Part shown: piece after piece, positions 19,906-29,527 of the stretch
Numbering within the stretch: the first letter of the stretch is position 1
Layout of the letters: each line of letters begins with the position of its first letter
Origin: Elusimicrobiota bacterium
Lineage (GTDB): Bacteria; Elusimicrobiota; Endomicrobiia; Endomicrobiales; JBDRNC01
Reading direction: 5' to 3'
Length of the DNA stretch: 64,000 bases
Assembly (NCBI GenBank): GCA_043811535.1
Contig: JBDRNC010000029.1
Coordinates: 1-64,000 of the forward strand
Notes under the pieces: generated by a model
The model's database searches: none
Seen by the model: only the letters and a program-made list of their open reading frames with translations
What the model was told of the DNA's origin: nothing
Position numbers and translations under genes: made by a program

Positions 19906-20046
19906 TTAATGGTTAGATGGTCAAATGGCTTAATGGCTGAAATATCAACTGCATGATCAAATTGTTAAATGGTCGTATGGCTAAAGACGTTAGCAATTTA
20001 ACAATTTAGCAATTAAACCATTATCGTTATAAGCCATTTAACCATT
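19906..20046. repeat. Inverted octamer array, AATGGCTA/TTAGCAAT family (also 32329-32401, 42225-42299, 43084-43199)
   Basis: atggtcaaatggcttaatggctgaa identical at ~19917 and ~32330; shared core aagacgttagcaatt. Confidence 0.85.
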
Positions 20047-22023
20047 TTTATCTTTTTTTATCCAATTCAGCAGTCCGCCGGCCAGGATAAGCTCCCTCTG
20101 GCGGGCGGTAAGGTCATAACGGAGCGTTATTTCCTTTTTTATCGAGCCGGAAGCTGATTTAACCACGGCCTTTGTCTGCGCAACTCCGGCCTTGATATCC
20201 CTGACGATATCGCAGAGATTGACGCTGCCGCCCGTTTCAATAATGTCATAATCCAGGGAATTATCGAAAACAAGCGGTATTATGCCGAAATTTATTAGGT
20301 TCGCCAGGTGTATCCGCGCGAAAGATTTCGCGATAACGGCCCTTACGCCGAGATACCGCGGGGCCAGCGCGGCGTGTTCCCGCGACGAACCCTGTCCGTA
20401 ATTGTCGCCGGCCGCTATGATGCCGCCGTTTTCCCGGGCAGATTCCTTCGCCCGCTTGACGAATTCCTTGTCCACAGCGAAGAAGGCGTACTCGGAGATG
20501 GCCGGCAGGTTTGACCTCAGCGGCAGGATCTTGGCGCCCGCCGGCATTATATGGTCCGTAGTTATGTTGTCGCCAACCTTGATGAATACCTTCGGGGAAA
20601 TCGGTCCTTCCATCCCCGAAAACTGCGGCAGAGGCTTTATGTTCGGCCCGCGGATTATCTCAACTCTTGAGCCGTCCTTTGCAGGCGCGTAGAACATCTT
20701 CTCGTCTACAAGATAGGAAGCCGGGATCGCAATTCTCGGGCGAAGTCCCATTTTTCTGGGATCGGTAATTTTGCCGGCAAGCGCGGACGCGACGGCTGTT
20801 TCGGGCGAGCATAAATAAACCAGCGCGTCCTTAGTGCCGCTTCTTCCCTCAAAATTCCTGTTGAAAGTCCGCAGCGTCACCGCTCCGCTTGACGGGGCCT
20901 GTCCCATGCCGATACAGGGCCCGCACGCGTTCTCAAGTATCCTTGCGCCTGCCGATATCATGTCCGAAAGCGCGCCTGATTTTGCCAGCATCGTGACCAC
21001 CTGTCTTGAACCCGGAGAGATCACGAGGCTGACGTTCGGATTTATCTTTTTGCCTTTCAGCGCCTTAGCGACAAGCGTCATATCCGCCAGCGAGGAATTC
21101 GTGCAAGAGCCTATCGCAACCTGCTGGACGGGAGTCCCTTCCACGTCCTTCACTCTCTTTACGTTGTCCGGGCTGTGGGGGAGCGCTATCAGCGGCTCGA
21201 GAGAGCCCAGATCTATTTCAATTGTCTTATCGTAGGAGGCGTTTTTGTCTGCCTCAAGCCGCGGCACCTTAGAAGTATTTTTGTCTGCCTCAAGCCGCGT
21301 CCATGCCTTTGTCCTTTTCTGGAGCTTAAGGAACTCTGCCGTTATCTCGTCCGAAGGGAAAACAGAGGTCGTCGCGCCGAGTTCCGTGCCCATGTTGGTT
21401 ATCGTCGCGCGTTCCGGAACCGAAAGCGTCTTGACTCCTGGTCCGGTGAATTCAAATATCCTGCCGCGCCCGCCTTTAACGGAAAGCCTTTGCAGTAGTT
21501 CAAGTATGACGTCTTTCGCGCTGACCCAGGATTTCAGTTTTCCTGAAAGCCGCACTTCAACAATCTCGGGCATCGTAATATAGAAGGGCTCGCCTGCCAT
21601 GGCACAGGCCACGTCCAGCCCGCCGGCGCCGAAAGCCAGCATCCCGAGCCCGCCCGCCGTGGGTGTGTGCGAATCGGAGCCGATAAGCGTCTGCCCCGGA
21701 GCGCCGAACCGCTCAAGATGGAGCTGGTGGCATATACCGTTTCCCGCGGGCGAAAATATGATTCCGTATTTCGCGGCCGCGGACTGCAGGAACCTGTGGT
21801 CGTCCGCGTTTTCAAAGCCGGTCTGCAGGGTGTTATGGTCCACGTAACTTACCGAAAGTTTTGTGCGGACCTTTGGGACGCCCATGGACTCAAACTGCAG
21901 GTATGCCATGGTGCCCGTGGCGTCCTGGGTAAGCGTCTGGTCAATGCGCAGGCCTATTTCATTTCCTGTCTTCAGTTCTCCTGAAACAAGATGTTTTGAC
22001 AGTATTTTTCGGGTGATATTCAT
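20038..22023 (-). CDS. Aconitate hydratase (short single-chain type)
   Basis: QDATGTMA, DSHT, GSCTN, CGPCIG, NRNFEGR, GQGSSREHAA. Confidence 0.92.
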   Translation of the reverse strand: MNITRKILSKHLVSGELKTGNEIGLRIDQTLTQDATGTMAYLQFESMGVPKVRTKLSVSYVDHNTLQTGFENADDHRFLQSAAAKYGIIFSPAGNGICHQLHLERFGAPGQTLIGSDSHTPTAGGLGMLAFGAGGLDVACAMAGEPFYITMPEIVEVRLSGKLKSWVSAKDVILELLQRLSVKGGRGRIFEFTGPGVKTLSVPERATITNMGTELGATTSVFPSDEITAEFLKLQKRTKAWTRLEADKNTSKVPRLEADKNASYDKTIEIDLGSLEPLIALPHSPDNVKRVKDVEGTPVQQVAIGSCTNSSLADMTLVAKALKGKKINPNVSLVISPGSRQVVTMLAKSGALSDMISAGARILENACGPCIGMGQAPSSGAVTLRTFNRNFEGRSGTKDALVYLCSPETAVASALAGKITDPRKMGLRPRIAIPASYLVDEKMFYAPAKDGSRVEIIRGPNIKPLPQFSGMEGPISPKVFIKVGDNITTDHIMPAGAKILPLRSNLPAISEYAFFAVDKEFVKRAKESARENGGIIAAGDNYGQGSSREHAALAPRYLGVRAVIAKSFARIHLANLINFGIIPLVFDNSLDYDIIETGGSVNLCDIVRDIKAGVAQTKAVVKSASGSIKKEITLRYDLTARQRELILAGGLLNWIKKDKNG

Positions 22024-22082
22024 ACAGCTATTCTATAAAAAAATCCTTAAAAATTCAAGCATGAAACGGTAATGAAAACGCA

Positions 22083-22115
22083 TCCCCCGCCCTCCGTTTT
22101 CCGGAGAACGGGGGA
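22083..22115 (-). terminator. GC-rich hairpin downstream of Lys-rich gene
   Basis: tcccccg..ctccg/cggag..cggggga inverted repeat. Confidence 0.5.
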
Positions 22116-22138
22116 CATGTGTTTTTCAGGCAGTCCGG

Positions 22139-22408
22139 CTACTTTGCCTCCGGAGTTTCGGGTTCTTCCGGAATTTCCGGTTTAGCCGTTTTTTTGCTCT
22201 TTTTTACTTTTTTCTTTGTCACTTTTTTCTTTGTCACTTTTTTCTTTTTCGTTTTCTTCTTGACTTCCTGTTTAGCGGGAGCATCTTCGGGACAGGCCGG
22301 AGCGACAGACACATCCGGTGTCACGGGCGCTTCTGTGTTTTCTTCGGACATGACAATGCCCGCAGTCAGAAAAACGAGCGTCATAACGGCGATAATGATT
22401 TTTTTCAT
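22139..22408 (-). CDS. Small secreted Lys-rich protein
   Basis: SD aaggaggtg; signal peptide; KKKVT repeats. Confidence 0.7.
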   Translation of the reverse strand: MKKIIIAVMTLVFLTAGIVMSEENTEAPVTPDVSVAPACPEDAPAKQEVKKKTKKKKVTKKKVTKKKVKKSKKTAKPEIPEEPETPEAK

Positions 22409-22631
22409 TTGGGTTCACCTCCTTTTATTAGGATTGGTGAATGAAGGCTGTTAAGCCGGTGTTGTGAAGTCAAAAACTTCTCAAAACCGGGTTCAGCCGT
22501 TGCCGGGGGAACTAATTCTTTTGCAGGGGGATGATTATTTTTTTTTGGGGGGGGGGGTAATCTACACTACAACAAAATTGTCGCATTTTTTTCGCGGGCA
22601 GTCAAGTGCCTTCCACAGAAAATCTTTAAAG

Positions 22632-22708
22632 CGTAATGTGTGATGTGTAAAGTGTAATGGAATTGATAAACCACAAAACTCATTACACATCAGATATTAC
22701 GTATTACG
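22632..22708. repeat. Inverted heptamer array, GTAATGT family
   Basis: cgtaatgtgtgatgtgtaaagtgtaatg...cattacacatcagatattacgtattacg. Confidence 0.75.
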
Positions 22709-22743
22709 CCATGTTAACTGTAACAGGGGAAAGTGAAAAATAC

Positions 22744-22772
22744 TTGACAAATAAAAGGATTTTAAATATACT
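22744..22772 (+). promoter_or_regulatory. Sigma70-type promoter
   Basis: TTGACA-17 nt-TATACT. Confidence 0.75.
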
Positions 22773-22959
22773 TTCCCTAAATGTGTCTTCCACCAGATTC
22801 AATCCCGCGTCATGGAATCTTTAAAGGTTTCGCGGGAGATCGCATATTTTGAGAAGCCTTCGGCTTCTGCCGGCGGAACTCCTCGAGAAAAGTCGCTGTT
22901 GTTTTCCCACAGAAAATGATTCAGAAGTAATCGTTTTTCAGGCAGTTGGGAGGCAGCCG

Positions 22960-24573
22960 ATGGCCCTTGACCGACGTTCGGTGACACGCTACACAATTTC
23001 CCGGCCCATGCAGGTTTACGTCGGGGAGAACCAGCCCGAGAAATACGACCCGGTAAAACTCGTTGACCTTAACCTGGAATGCGCCAGGATAACCTCCGAT
23101 AAAACCCTTACGACCGCCAACGGCGGCATCATGCTTTCCATAACGTTTCCCAGCACGAATGAGAACATGCTGCGCCTGCCCGCCAAACTTGAAGAAGTCC
23201 GCACGTTTACCGATGAAAACCATTATATACTGAGATTTGTTTCCCTCGACGAAAAACAGAAGACGGGCCTTGAGGACTGCCTCAAGACATTGGCTGCTAT
23301 ATCCGACCGCAGGTTCAAGGAAAGCCCCGCGATGTCTATGTCCATAACGCGCACGTCCGATTACTACGAAAAACGCGTTACAAAACCGGTTTTTCTCAAG
23401 TGCATCCGCTACAACCGCATGGAGAAACTGATGGACCGCTCGCGGTACTACTACATGCGCGAGATTGAATCGGGCAACGAGACCTACCTGACCGTAAAAG
23501 GCAGGAGAATGCTCAATTTCGGCTCCAACAATTATCTCGGAATGGCGACGAATCCGGAAGTCAAGGAAGCCGCGATAAAAGCGATAGAAAAATACGGCGT
23601 CGGCTCGGGCGGAGTAAGGGTTCTGAGCGGTACGGTGGACCTTCATAACATGCTTGAAAAGAAACTCGCGCGGTTCAAGGGCGGCGAGGACTGCATAGTT
23701 TTCAGCACCGGTTACACCACGAATGTGGGCACGGTATCGGCGCTGCTTTCAAAGAACGATTACGCTATAGTGGACGCGAAGGCCCACGCGAGCCTGATAG
23801 ACGGGTGCATTCTTTCGGGCTCGCACCTGCAGGTATTCAAGCACAACGACATGCAGGACCTTGAAAAAGAACTCGGGAAAATAGACGCGAAGGCCCCGAA
23901 AATGATAATTACCGACGGGGTGTTCAGCATGGACGGCGACGTCGCGAAACTGGACATAATCTACGAGCTCGGAAAGAAATACAACGCCGCCGTGATGGTG
24001 GACGACGCGCATTCAACCGGAGTACTCGGCAAAACCGGAAGGGGAACCGCGGAGCATTTCGGCCTTGAAGGCAAGATAGACGTCGCTATGGGCACGCTTT
24101 CAAAAGCGCTCGGTGCTGTCGGCGGCTTCATAGTTTCAAAAAGCAAGGTCATACACTATCTGAAACACAACAGCAGGGCCTTCGTATTCACGACAAGCCT
24201 CCCGCCCTCGGTTTCGGCGTCACTGCTGAAAGTCATAGAGATACTTGAGACGCAGCCGCAGTGGCACGAGCGCCTGTGGCGCAATATCAGGGTGGTCATG
24301 CGGGAACTTTACATTGCGGGTTTCAATACGGGGCAGTCGGAATCGGCGGTGATACCCATAATACTCAGAGACGACCACAAGACCTACGAGATGACCGGCA
24401 TGCTGGAAGAAGAGGGGGTATTCGTCAGCCCGGTAGTCTACCCGGCGGTGCGCAGGAAGGAAGGTCGCCTGCGCCTCAGCATAATGGCCACGCATACCGA
24501 CCAGGATATACAGATGCTCATGGACAAGCTAAAAAAGACGGCGAAAAAACTCAATTTAATCAGCGATAAATGA
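22960..24573 (+). CDS. PilZ-like domain fused to PLP-dependent alpha-oxoamine synthase (SPT/KBL/BioF/CqsA superfamily)
   Basis: SD ggagg then ATG 22960; N-terminal RRSVTR and beta-barrel pattern; FGSNNYLG, HASLIDG, DGVFSMDGD, DDAHS, GTLSKALG. Confidence 0.85.
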   Translation: MALDRRSVTRYTISRPMQVYVGENQPEKYDPVKLVDLNLECARITSDKTLTTANGGIMLSITFPSTNENMLRLPAKLEEVRTFTDENHYILRFVSLDEKQKTGLEDCLKTLAAISDRRFKESPAMSMSITRTSDYYEKRVTKPVFLKCIRYNRMEKLMDRSRYYYMREIESGNETYLTVKGRRMLNFGSNNYLGMATNPEVKEAAIKAIEKYGVGSGGVRVLSGTVDLHNMLEKKLARFKGGEDCIVFSTGYTTNVGTVSALLSKNDYAIVDAKAHASLIDGCILSGSHLQVFKHNDMQDLEKELGKIDAKAPKMIITDGVFSMDGDVAKLDIIYELGKKYNAAVMVDDAHSTGVLGKTGRGTAEHFGLEGKIDVAMGTLSKALGAVGGFIVSKSKVIHYLKHNSRAFVFTTSLPPSVSASLLKVIEILETQPQWHERLWRNIRVVMRELYIAGFNTGQSESAVIPIILRDDHKTYEMTGMLEEEGVFVSPVVYPAVRRKEGRLRLSIMATHTDQDIQMLMDKLKKTAKKLNLISDK

Positions 24574-26537
24574 ACTGGCACATCACCAGCGCCATACTAG
24601 CCGGAATCTTCAGTTTTTCAATAGGCCTTTTCGTCTATCAGCGGAACAGGCAATCCCTTCCGAATAAGACGTTCTTCCTGATGAATATCAGCATTGCTCT
24701 ATGGAACTTCGCCGATATTTTCATCATTTCAAGCCAGACCGCCGAACAGGCCCTTCTCGCCGATAGGATATCCTACATCGGCGCGTTCTTCATAGTTCCT
24801 TTCTTCACGCGCCTTAACTTCCTGCACACGGAAAACGCCGAGAGCCCTCTGTTCAAGCGCGTGTTTCTCTACGCGGTTGCCGGCGCGCTCGCGCTTTCGG
24901 CGCTGGATTTCACTCCGTTCTTCCTGATAAGCGTGACTCCAAACCCGTTCACCGAAGAGATAGGCCCGCTTTATTTCCTCTTCGTGGCGTACTTCTTGTT
25001 TTTCGTCTCTTTCAGCCTCTATCACCTGTTCCGCTGCTACCGCAACACTAATTCATACGAGAAAAAGAACCGGCTCAAATACATATTTACCGCTCTTGTG
25101 ATAGGCGTGATAGCCGTGTGCGTCTATTTCGCCACGCTTGTGGACAGGACGATACCGCCGGTACATTATTTCATAGAGATGGCATACCTGTCCATATTCG
25201 CTTACGTCATTGTGCGATACCACGCGATGGACATAAACATAATCTTTGAACGCAGCACCGTGTACGCGGTGATGATAGCCGTTGTCACAACGATATACCT
25301 TGCCACGATATTCGTCATAGAGAATATACTGAAAGAGTTCATTGGGTACAGCTCTCTTGTCGCGAGGCTTCTTGCGGCGCTGATTATCGCGCTTACTTTC
25401 CTGCCTTTGCGCACGCGGATAGAGAACCTTATTGACAGGGTCTTTTTCAGGACAAGGTACGAATATCTCGGCGCTTTGAAGAATTTCACCGACAGGCTTG
25501 TGCTGATACTCGAATTGAGGCAGTTGATGCAGACGATAGTGGATAACATCAGCCAGATCTTGCAGGTTAATTGTGTTTCGCTACTTGTTTTCGACGAAGA
25601 CGCAAAGGAATACCGGGTCAAGGCTTCCGTGGGTTTTGAAAACGTGATAAGGGACGTTAGTTTCAAGCACGACGCGCTCATAGTCCAGCACCTGAAATCC
25701 AGGCTCAAGTTCAAGCACCAGATGGCGCAGAAGAGCGAATTCTTCAAAGACAGGACCTGGGGATATCCGACGCTGGTCGATCAGATGGAGTCGCTGAAAG
25801 CCGAGCTTTTCATACCGCTGTTTTTCTCGGAAAAACTGATAGCGATACTTACCCTCGGCGACAAGAAGAGCGGCGAGTACTACAATTCCAGCGAGCTGCG
25901 CCTGCTCAAAACCCTGGCCAACCAGGCCGCGATCGCGCTTTCAAACGCGATGTCGTACGACGAGCTGAAAAAGAACCTTCTTGGTACGATAGAAGCGCTT
26001 TCAACCGCGATAGAAGCCAAGGATGATTACACGCGCGGCCACTCCGAGCGCGTCGTAAAGATTGCAGTCGAGATAGCCAAGGAGATGAGTGTATCCCGGG
26101 ACGAGATAGACATTTTGAGATACGCGGGCATGCTGCACGACATAGGAAAGATAGCGATAGACGACAGCATACTCCACAAACCCTCGTCCCTTACCAGGGA
26201 CGAACAGCGCAAAATAAAGGATCACCCGGAAATAGGCGAGAACATCATCGCGCCGATAAAATTTTTGGAAGACGCGAGGCAGATAATACGTAATCATCAC
26301 GAGAGATGGGACGGCGAGGGCTATCCTGACAGGCTGGTGACGGAAAAGATACCGGTGCTTTCAAGGATACTTGCGGTCGCGGACGCTTTTGACGCGATGA
26401 CATCGGTTCGTTCCTACAGGCCCGCGCGCTGTTCCGGAGAAGCGGTTGAAGAGATCATGAAATGCGCGGGAAGCCAGTTTGACCCGTTGGTAATAGAAGC
26501 CTTCATGACGGCGCACAGAAAAGGGAATATACAATAA
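24570..26537 (+). CDS. 7TM sensor (HisKA_7TM-like) + GAF + HD-GYP phosphodiesterase
   Basis: Multiple N-terminal TM helices; GAF (LANQAAIAL); GHSERV, LHDIGK, HHERWDGEGYP, VADAFDAMTS; ATGA overlap with upstream stop. Confidence 0.9.
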   Translation: MNWHITSAILAGIFSFSIGLFVYQRNRQSLPNKTFFLMNISIALWNFADIFIISSQTAEQALLADRISYIGAFFIVPFFTRLNFLHTENAESPLFKRVFLYAVAGALALSALDFTPFFLISVTPNPFTEEIGPLYFLFVAYFLFFVSFSLYHLFRCYRNTNSYEKKNRLKYIFTALVIGVIAVCVYFATLVDRTIPPVHYFIEMAYLSIFAYVIVRYHAMDINIIFERSTVYAVMIAVVTTIYLATIFVIENILKEFIGYSSLVARLLAALIIALTFLPLRTRIENLIDRVFFRTRYEYLGALKNFTDRLVLILELRQLMQTIVDNISQILQVNCVSLLVFDEDAKEYRVKASVGFENVIRDVSFKHDALIVQHLKSRLKFKHQMAQKSEFFKDRTWGYPTLVDQMESLKAELFIPLFFSEKLIAILTLGDKKSGEYYNSSELRLLKTLANQAAIALSNAMSYDELKKNLLGTIEALSTAIEAKDDYTRGHSERVVKIAVEIAKEMSVSRDEIDILRYAGMLHDIGKIAIDDSILHKPSSLTRDEQRKIKDHPEIGENIIAPIKFLEDARQIIRNHHERWDGEGYPDRLVTEKIPVLSRILAVADAFDAMTSVRSYRPARCSGEAVEEIMKCAGSQFDPLVIEAFMTAHRKGNIQ

Positions 26538-26540
26538 GGC

Positions 26541-26689
26541 AGTGACTAGGGGCTAGTCGCTAGTGACTGGTGACTAAATGCAGTGTCTGGTCGCTAGTGG
26601 CTAGTGACTAGTTAGTGACTTAAGCCGTTACCAGCCACCAGATACCAGCAACTAGTCACAATAATTAAGTCACCAGACACCAGTCACTG
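26541..26689. repeat. Inverted heptamer array, AGTGACT family
   Basis: agtgactaggggctagtcgctagtgactggtgact...accagccaccagataccagcaactagtcac. Confidence 0.85.
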
Positions 26690-26692
26690 TCG

Positions 26693-29278
26693 TTAGGTTT
26701 TCTTGAACGCGATCAATTCTTCTGTTCCCTTGCGAGAAGCATCCGCCGCGATAGAATCGCCTTCCTTGAATTCCCCGGAAATTATCTTCTCAGAAAGCGG
26801 GTCCAATATCAGTTTTTGAATAGCGCGTTTCAACGGCCTGGCGCCGTAAACCGGGTCGTAACCCTCCCTTGCGAGCAGATTCCTGGCGTTTTTATTCAGC
26901 TGGAGGATTATCTTTTTCTCGGCAAGGCGCTTTTCAAGTGTCTTGAGCTGAATGTCTATTATGCCCTGAAGTTCTTCCGCGCCGAGTTTCTGGAAGATTA
27001 TGATGTCGTCGATGCGGTTGAGGAACTCCGGCCTGAAGTGGGCCCTCAGCGCCTCCATGATGTTTTTCTTAACCTCGTCGTATTTCAGGTTTTCCTGTAT
27101 CCAGTTGGAACCGATATTTGAAGTTAATATGACGACGGTGTTCTTGAAATCAACGGTCCTTCCCTGGCCGTCGGTCAGCCGGCCGTCCTCCAGTATCTGA
27201 AGCAGGATATTAAAAACGTCCGGATGCGCCTTTTCTATCTCGTCAAAGAGTATGACCGAGTACGGGCGCCGCCTGACCTGTTCGGTCAACTGCCCGCCTT
27301 CCTCAAATCCCACGTATCCGGGAGGCGCTCCGAGCATGCGCGCGACCGAATGTTTTTCCATGTATTCGGACATGTCGAGCCGGATAAGGTTCTTCTCGTC
27401 GTCAAAAAGGAACTCTGCCAGCGCTTTTGCCAGCTCGGTCTTGCCTACGCCCGTGGGCCCGAGGAAAATGAAGGACCCTATGGGCCGTTTCGGATCCGAG
27501 AGGCCCGAACGCGAGCGCCTGACGGCGTTGGAAATGACCTTTACGGCCTCGTCCTGGCCGACAACCCTGTCATGCAGGCGTTCTTCCATCTTCAGCAGTT
27601 TCGCCGTCTCGCCCTCAAGCATCCTCGTCACGGGAATATGCGTCCACTTGCTCACGACCTCGGCTATATCCTCTTCGTCAACTTCCTCTTTGAGCATCCT
27701 CTGCGTTCCCTGAAGCTCCGAAAGGCGCTTGTTCTCTATCTCCAGGTTCTTCTGCGTGTCCGGGAGCTTGCCGTAGCGTATTTCCGACGCCGCGTTGAGG
27801 TCGCCGGACCTTTCGGCTTTCTGTCCGTCAAGCTTCAGTTGTTCAAGCGTTTCCTTTAATTTCTGTATCTTGGAAATAGCGTCCTTTTCTTTCTGCCAGT
27901 GCGCCTTCATCACCGCGGATTTCTTCTTAAGGTCCTCAAGCTCGGATTCCATTTTTTTGAGGCGTTCTTTTGAAGCCGAATCGGATTCTTTCCTGACCGC
28001 CTGACGCTCAATTTCCAGCTGGCGTATCCTTCTTTCAACTTCGTCCAGTTCCGCGGGCATGGAGTCGATCTCTATGCGCAGGCGGCTCGCGGCTTCGTCC
28101 ACGAGGTCTATCGCCTTGTCCGGCAGGAACCTGTCCGGGATATAGCGGTAGCTCAGCGTCGCCGCGGCGACAAGCGCGGAATCCTTGATCCTGACGCCGT
28201 GGTGGATCTCGTATCTTTCCTTCAAGCCGCGCAGTATAGCAATCGTATCCTCAACGGATGGCTCGCCGACAAGTATCGTCTGGAAACGGCGCTCAAGCGC
28301 CGCGTCCTTCTCGATTTGCTTGCGGTACTCGTCAAGCGTGGTCGCGCCGACCATGCGCAGTTCTCCGCGCGCGAGCATGGGTTTGAGCATGTTCGCGGCG
28401 TCCACCGCGCCTTCGGCCGCTCCCGCGCCGACTATGGTGTGCAGCTCGTCTATGAAAACTATTATCTTTCCTTCCGCCGCAAGTATCTCTTTAAGTACCG
28501 CTTTGAGGCGGTCCTCGAACTCGCCGCGGTATTTGGCTCCGGCCACCATCGAGCCGATATCCAGCGCGATTACGGTCTTGTTTTTAAGCGTTTCCGGGAT
28601 GTCGCCCGAGACTATCCTCTGGGCGAGGCCTTCCACTATCGCGGTCTTTCCGACGCCCGGCTCGCCTATCAGGACGGGATTGTTCTTGGTCCTGCGGGAG
28701 AGCACCTGTATCGTGCGGCGGATCTCTTCGTCGCGGCCTATTACGGGGTCAAGCTTGCCGCGTTTCGCCAGGTCGGTAAGGTCCCTGGAATATTTTTTGA
28801 GCGCCTGGTACTTGTCTTCGGGGTTGGCGTCGGTAACGCGCTGGCTGCCGCGTATGCCCACGAGCGAGGAGAGCACTGCGTCCTTGTTTATTCCGTGGCT
28901 TTTGAGTATCTTTGCCGCGGCGGAAGTCCCTTCTTCGGATATCGCGATGAAGAAATGCTCGGTTGAGACGAATTCATCCTTGAGATTTTTAGCCTCTTTT
29001 TCAGCGAGCGCAAAAACCTTATTAAATGTCTGCGATAAGAACGGCGTTCCTCCGCTGACTTGCGGTTTCTTCCGGAGTTCGTTTTCCAGCTGGGTTTTAA
29101 GGCCCGCCGGCGTGGTTCCGAATTTGGCTATGATAGCCGGTACTACGCCGTCATTCTGGCCAAGCAGCGCCAGCAGCAGGTGCTCGGGGGAAAGCTCCTG
29201 GTGGCCGGACTCGGAGGCGATATTCTGCGTTTCGGATAAGGCTTCCTGTGCCTTGATGGTTAGTTTATTTGGATTCAT
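26693..29278 (-). CDS. clpB: Chaperone/disaggregase ClpB
   Basis: Two AAA+ modules ([16 protein letters not shown]) and a middle coiled-coil domain. Confidence 0.97.
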   Translation of the reverse strand: MNPNKLTIKAQEALSETQNIASESGHQELSPEHLLLALLGQNDGVVPAIIAKFGTTPAGLKTQLENELRKKPQVSGGTPFLSQTFNKVFALAEKEAKNLKDEFVSTEHFFIAISEEGTSAAAKILKSHGINKDAVLSSLVGIRGSQRVTDANPEDKYQALKKYSRDLTDLAKRGKLDPVIGRDEEIRRTIQVLSRRTKNNPVLIGEPGVGKTAIVEGLAQRIVSGDIPETLKNKTVIALDIGSMVAGAKYRGEFEDRLKAVLKEILAAEGKIIVFIDELHTIVGAGAAEGAVDAANMLKPMLARGELRMVGATTLDEYRKQIEKDAALERRFQTILVGEPSVEDTIAILRGLKERYEIHHGVRIKDSALVAAATLSYRYIPDRFLPDKAIDLVDEAASRLRIEIDSMPAELDEVERRIRQLEIERQAVRKESDSASKERLKKMESELEDLKKKSAVMKAHWQKEKDAISKIQKLKETLEQLKLDGQKAERSGDLNAASEIRYGKLPDTQKNLEIENKRLSELQGTQRMLKEEVDEEDIAEVVSKWTHIPVTRMLEGETAKLLKMEERLHDRVVGQDEAVKVISNAVRRSRSGLSDPKRPIGSFIFLGPTGVGKTELAKALAEFLFDDEKNLIRLDMSEYMEKHSVARMLGAPPGYVGFEEGGQLTEQVRRRPYSVILFDEIEKAHPDVFNILLQILEDGRLTDGQGRTVDFKNTVVILTSNIGSNWIQENLKYDEVKKNIMEALRAHFRPEFLNRIDDIIIFQKLGAEELQGIIDIQLKTLEKRLAEKKIILQLNKNARNLLAREGYDPVYGARPLKRAIQKLILDPLSEKIISGEFKEGDSIAADASRKGTEELIAFKKT

Positions 29279-29299
29279 GTTTTACTCCTAATTTATAAA

Positions 29300-29382
29300 A
29301 TTGCAAGATTACAAGATTGAAAGATTGCAATGATTAAAAAAGACATTCAATTTTCAATCTTTAAATCTTTGAATCTTTCAAT
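29300..29382. repeat. Inverted octamer array, AAGATTGA/AATCTTTC family (also ~45700, ~51470, ~53765, ~56255, ~61445)
   Basis: attgcaagattacaagattgaaagattgca...tcaatctttaaatctttgaatctttcaat. Confidence 0.8.
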
Positions 29383-29391
29383 GTATTTATT

Positions 29392-29446
29392 CTGGCACTC
29401 TACTGGCTACACTGCCAATTGTAACATCTGCCATGAAAATTGTCAA
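29392..29446 (-). promoter_or_regulatory. clpB promoter with CIRCE-like (HrcA) operator
   Basis: Minus strand TTGACA-17-TACAAT running into TTGGCAGTG-N9-GAGTGCCAG (CIRCE consensus TTAGCACTC-N9-GAGTGCTAA). Confidence 0.7.
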
Positions 29447-29459
29447 GAGGGGTAGAAAA

Positions 29460-29527
29460 AGTGATTAGAGAATAGTGATTAGTGAATAGAGAATAGACTA
29501 AGCCCTAATCTCTATTCCCTAAGCACT
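29460..29527. repeat. Inverted heptamer array, AGTGATT/AGAGAAT family
   Basis: agtgattagagaatagtgattagtgaatagagaatag/ctaagccctaatctctattccctaagcact. Confidence 0.8.

Noticed and set aside
22779..22959. Known c-di-GMP riboswitch upstream of the PilZ/HD-GYP operon
   Set aside because: Conserved class I/II nucleotides not recognisable by eye; needs cmscan
22960..24573. Assigning the gene as bioF, kbl or cqsA
   Set aside because: Motifs are shared across the superfamily; the fusion and context do not support a specific symbol
28185..29291. Long plus-strand ORFs antisense to clpB (similarly 39001-40086, 62171-63244, 12210-12989 and many others)
   Set aside because: Shadow frames of well-conserved genes on the opposite strand; no recognisable motifs
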